Assembly (NCBI GenBank): GCA_013239625.1
Contig: MU057344.1
Coordinates: 1,490,276 to 1,554,275 of the forward strand
Direction of reading: 5' to 3'
Origin: Lama guanicoe
Taxonomy: Eukaryota
DNA: 64,000 nt
Made by a program: the position numbers and the translations under genes. Each line of letters begins with the position of its first letter. Within the stretch, counting starts at the first letter, position 1. This document shows positions 62,278 through 64,000 of the stretch, piece after piece. The notes beneath the pieces were generated by a model. The model was given only the letters and a program-made list of their open reading frames with translations. It had not been told where the DNA came from and made no database searches.

Positions 62278-62416
62278 GGGTCAGCATGTGCTCGGGCCGC
62301 GGCCTGCGGCCTCGGGGGCCCAGGGAGAGCTGTGCTGCTCCTGGGGTCAGCATGTGCTCGGGCCGCGGCCTGCGGCCTCGGGGGCCCAGGGAGAGCTCTC
62401 TGTGTTGCTCCCGGGG
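62278..62416. repeat. Tandem duplication, 2 x ~66 bp
   Basis: gggtcagcatgtgctcgggccgcggcctgcggcctcgggggcccagggagagct occurs at 62278 and 62344. Confidence 0.95.
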
Positions 62417-62617
62417 CACCTGCTGGGATTGGGACCGTCCCTGGGGAGCCCCGAGCAGGGAGTGAGGGCTGCTGGGCCCAGACGGAGTAGAAGCCGTGTC
62501 CCCGGGGCAGAGGTGGCAGCCGGGTGGCCTCTGGGTCTCTGGAGCCCCAGGTTCTGTTCTGACCTACGTCCCCGGTGGTCCCCGAGCCTCGAGTGCCGGG
62601 GAGCCGGGCCCCAGAGC

Positions 62618-62641
62618 CTGACGCTGCCTTCTTTCCCCCAG
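62618..62641 (+). promoter_or_regulatory. Exon 2 3' splice site: branch point CTGAC (A at 62621), polypyrimidine tract, CAG
   Basis: Sequence ctgAcgctgccttctttccccCAG immediately precedes the exon. Confidence 0.85.
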
Positions 62642-62991
62642 GTGACGGCGACCTTGTAAATAACATGTATGGGCCGGACCCTGACCTGCTGGCCGGCGAG
62701 AGCGCGGAGGACGAGACGGAGGACAGCGTCATGTCCCCCATCCCCATGGGGCCGCCGTCCCCCTTCCCCACCAGCGAGGACTTCACCCCCAAGGAAGGCT
62801 CGCCGTACGAGGCCCCCGTCTACATCCCCGAGGACATCCCCATCCCACCGGACTTCGAGCTCCGTGAGTCCTCCATCCCGGGGGCCGGCCTGGGGGTCTG
62901 GGCCAAGAAGAAGATGGAAGTCGGGGAGCGGTTCGGCCCTTACGTGGTGGCGCCCCGGGCCCCGCTGAAGGAGGCAGACTTCGGATGGGAG
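62642..62991 (+). CDS. PRDM16: PRDM16 (PR/SET domain 16, MEL1) coding exon 2; internal exon, phase 1 start, phase 0 end
   Basis: Translates (S)DGDLVNNMYGPDPDLLAGESAEDETEDSVMSPIPMGPPSPFPTSEDFTPKEGSPYEAPVYIPEDIPIPPDFELRESSIPGAGLGVWAKKKMEVGERFGPYVVAPRAPLKEADFGWE. This matches the PRDM16 N-terminus (PPSPFPTSEDFTPKEGSPYEAPVYIPEDIPIP; PR-domain start FELRESSIPGAGLGVWAK). Flanked by acceptor ctttccccCAG (AG 62640-62641) and donor GAG|gtgagc (GT 62992-62993); 350 bp long. Confidence 0.98.
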
Positions 62992-64000
62992 GTGAGCACC
63001 GCTGCGGGCGCGTGATTGACCGCGGCCACTTATCTTGTGTCCCATCTATTTATAAACCCGGGCTACGCAGCACCACCCGAGGCAGGAGGCTGGTCGGAGA
63101 GAGCGTTCGCATGTCACATTTCCCAGGCTCGCTTCGTCCTGCAGCTTGCAGGACGCGGCCCTGAGAACACCAGGGGCCTGGCGACGCCTGGCAGCCCCCG
63201 GGGCTGCACCCGCCCTCTTCCCGGAAATGTGTCTTTAATGAGCTCATGTCTTAAAACACCCCGTGCTTCCCGTCTGGATCTTAGGTGCTAGGGCTGCAGT
63301 CTCGGCAGAACCCTGAAGACTGATGGGCTGTCCCAGGACAGGAGTCTCGAATCCAGGGAGAGCTCCTCAGATGGGAGCCCAGCTCCTGGCAGGAGCAGCC
63401 GCTCAGGGGCAGCTCGTGAAGCATGCCCGGTGGCCTCACTGCTGCCACGTGCCCAGTGCGCGTCCAGGCCGAGGGCCTCCTACCCAGCGTCCCCAGGTCC
63501 CCCAGTTCCGTCACAGGACCCCTCACCTCTCAGATTAGTGGGGGCGAAGAGGGGAGTCTTTTGGTTTCAGTTTCCCTGACGATCTGGGCCTGGCTCAAGC
63601 ATCCTGGGGCCCACATGTGGTCAGGAGAGGGGCGGTCAGTTAGGTGGGTGGGAGCCGGCCTCCCCCAAGGTGGCCCTCCCTCTGGAGGCGTCCTGCTCCG
63701 GCCACGAGGGTCACTGGGCCCCAGTTTGGGGGACTTTCAAGGGGGTCTCATGAGGACCATGGGCCCCACACAAGTGGTCCTGGCCTTTCTGCCCTCCCCA
63801 TGTAGCCAGTGTTCGGTGGTATTTCTGGCCAGGACGCTGCCTGGATGGAAAATGCAAACACAAAGCCAGATTCCTTCTGGGTGTTTCACAGCTTCCAAAA
63901 GTGCTTGGATGGGGGTCAGCTCCAGGAAGGGGCGAGCTGTCCACAGAGGGAAGAGGACCCTGTGCGGCCGGCAGCCGTGCCCCCTACAGGCGGACTAGGG
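62992..64000 (+). other. PRDM16: PRDM16 intron 2 (5' start)
   Basis: Begins with donor GTGAGC; the reading frame stops at 63013-63015 if unspliced. Confidence 0.93.

Larger units (their letters stand above)
1..62641 (+). other. PRDM16: PRDM16 intron 1 (distal portion; exon 1 is upstream of the window)
   Basis: I found no exon-1 sequence (encoding MRSKARARKLAK) in the window. The long non-coding stretch ends at the exon 2 acceptor, and PRDM16 intron 1 is known to be very long. Confidence 0.92.

Noticed and set aside
62642-62991. MECOM (MDS1/PRDM3) exon 2 as an alternative identity
   Set aside because: The SPFPTSEDFTPKEGSPYEAPVYIPEDIPIP and NNMY motifs and the GC-rich context fit PRDM16 rather than its paralogue.
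62575-63015. 146-aa ORF as a standalone gene
   Set aside because: Only 62642-62991 is exonic; the flanking residues are intronic read-through beyond the splice sites.

Overview
Eutherian (apparently non-primate, non-murid) genomic DNA, very GC- and CpG-rich. The window is the distal part of PRDM16 intron 1 followed by PRDM16 coding exon 2 (62642-62991, + strand, 350 bp, canonical AG/GT, encoding the acidic/Pro-rich N-terminus and the start of the PR/SET domain) and about 1 kb of intron 2. Exon 1 lies upstream of the window. No other protein-coding sequence is supported; the several hundred ORFs in the track are what GC-rich or repeat DNA produces by chance. The intron contains a probable orthologue of the human MIR4251 locus (~14346-14413), ancient repeats only (L1MB, L1ME, L2, MIR, MLT1, MER2/Tigger, MER53), several tandem repeats, intragenic CpG islands, many AT-rich motif-dense islands that look like conserved developmental enhancers, and four N gaps. 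I found no convincing wholly new biological system. The best candidates for undescribed biology are (i) a near-perfect 61-bp dimeric minisatellite carrying 33 CAGGTG E-boxes, a 33.15-type minisatellite core and G4 potential (31616-32613), (ii) a compact PBX/NKX/GATA/MEF2-TATA cluster just after the exon 2 donor, (iii) tandem cryptic or recursive splice acceptors abutting a putative conserved element at 39.5 kb, and (iv) AT-to-GC remodelling of ancient transposons. Repeat-family and orthologue calls rest on my recall of consensus sequences, not on database searches.
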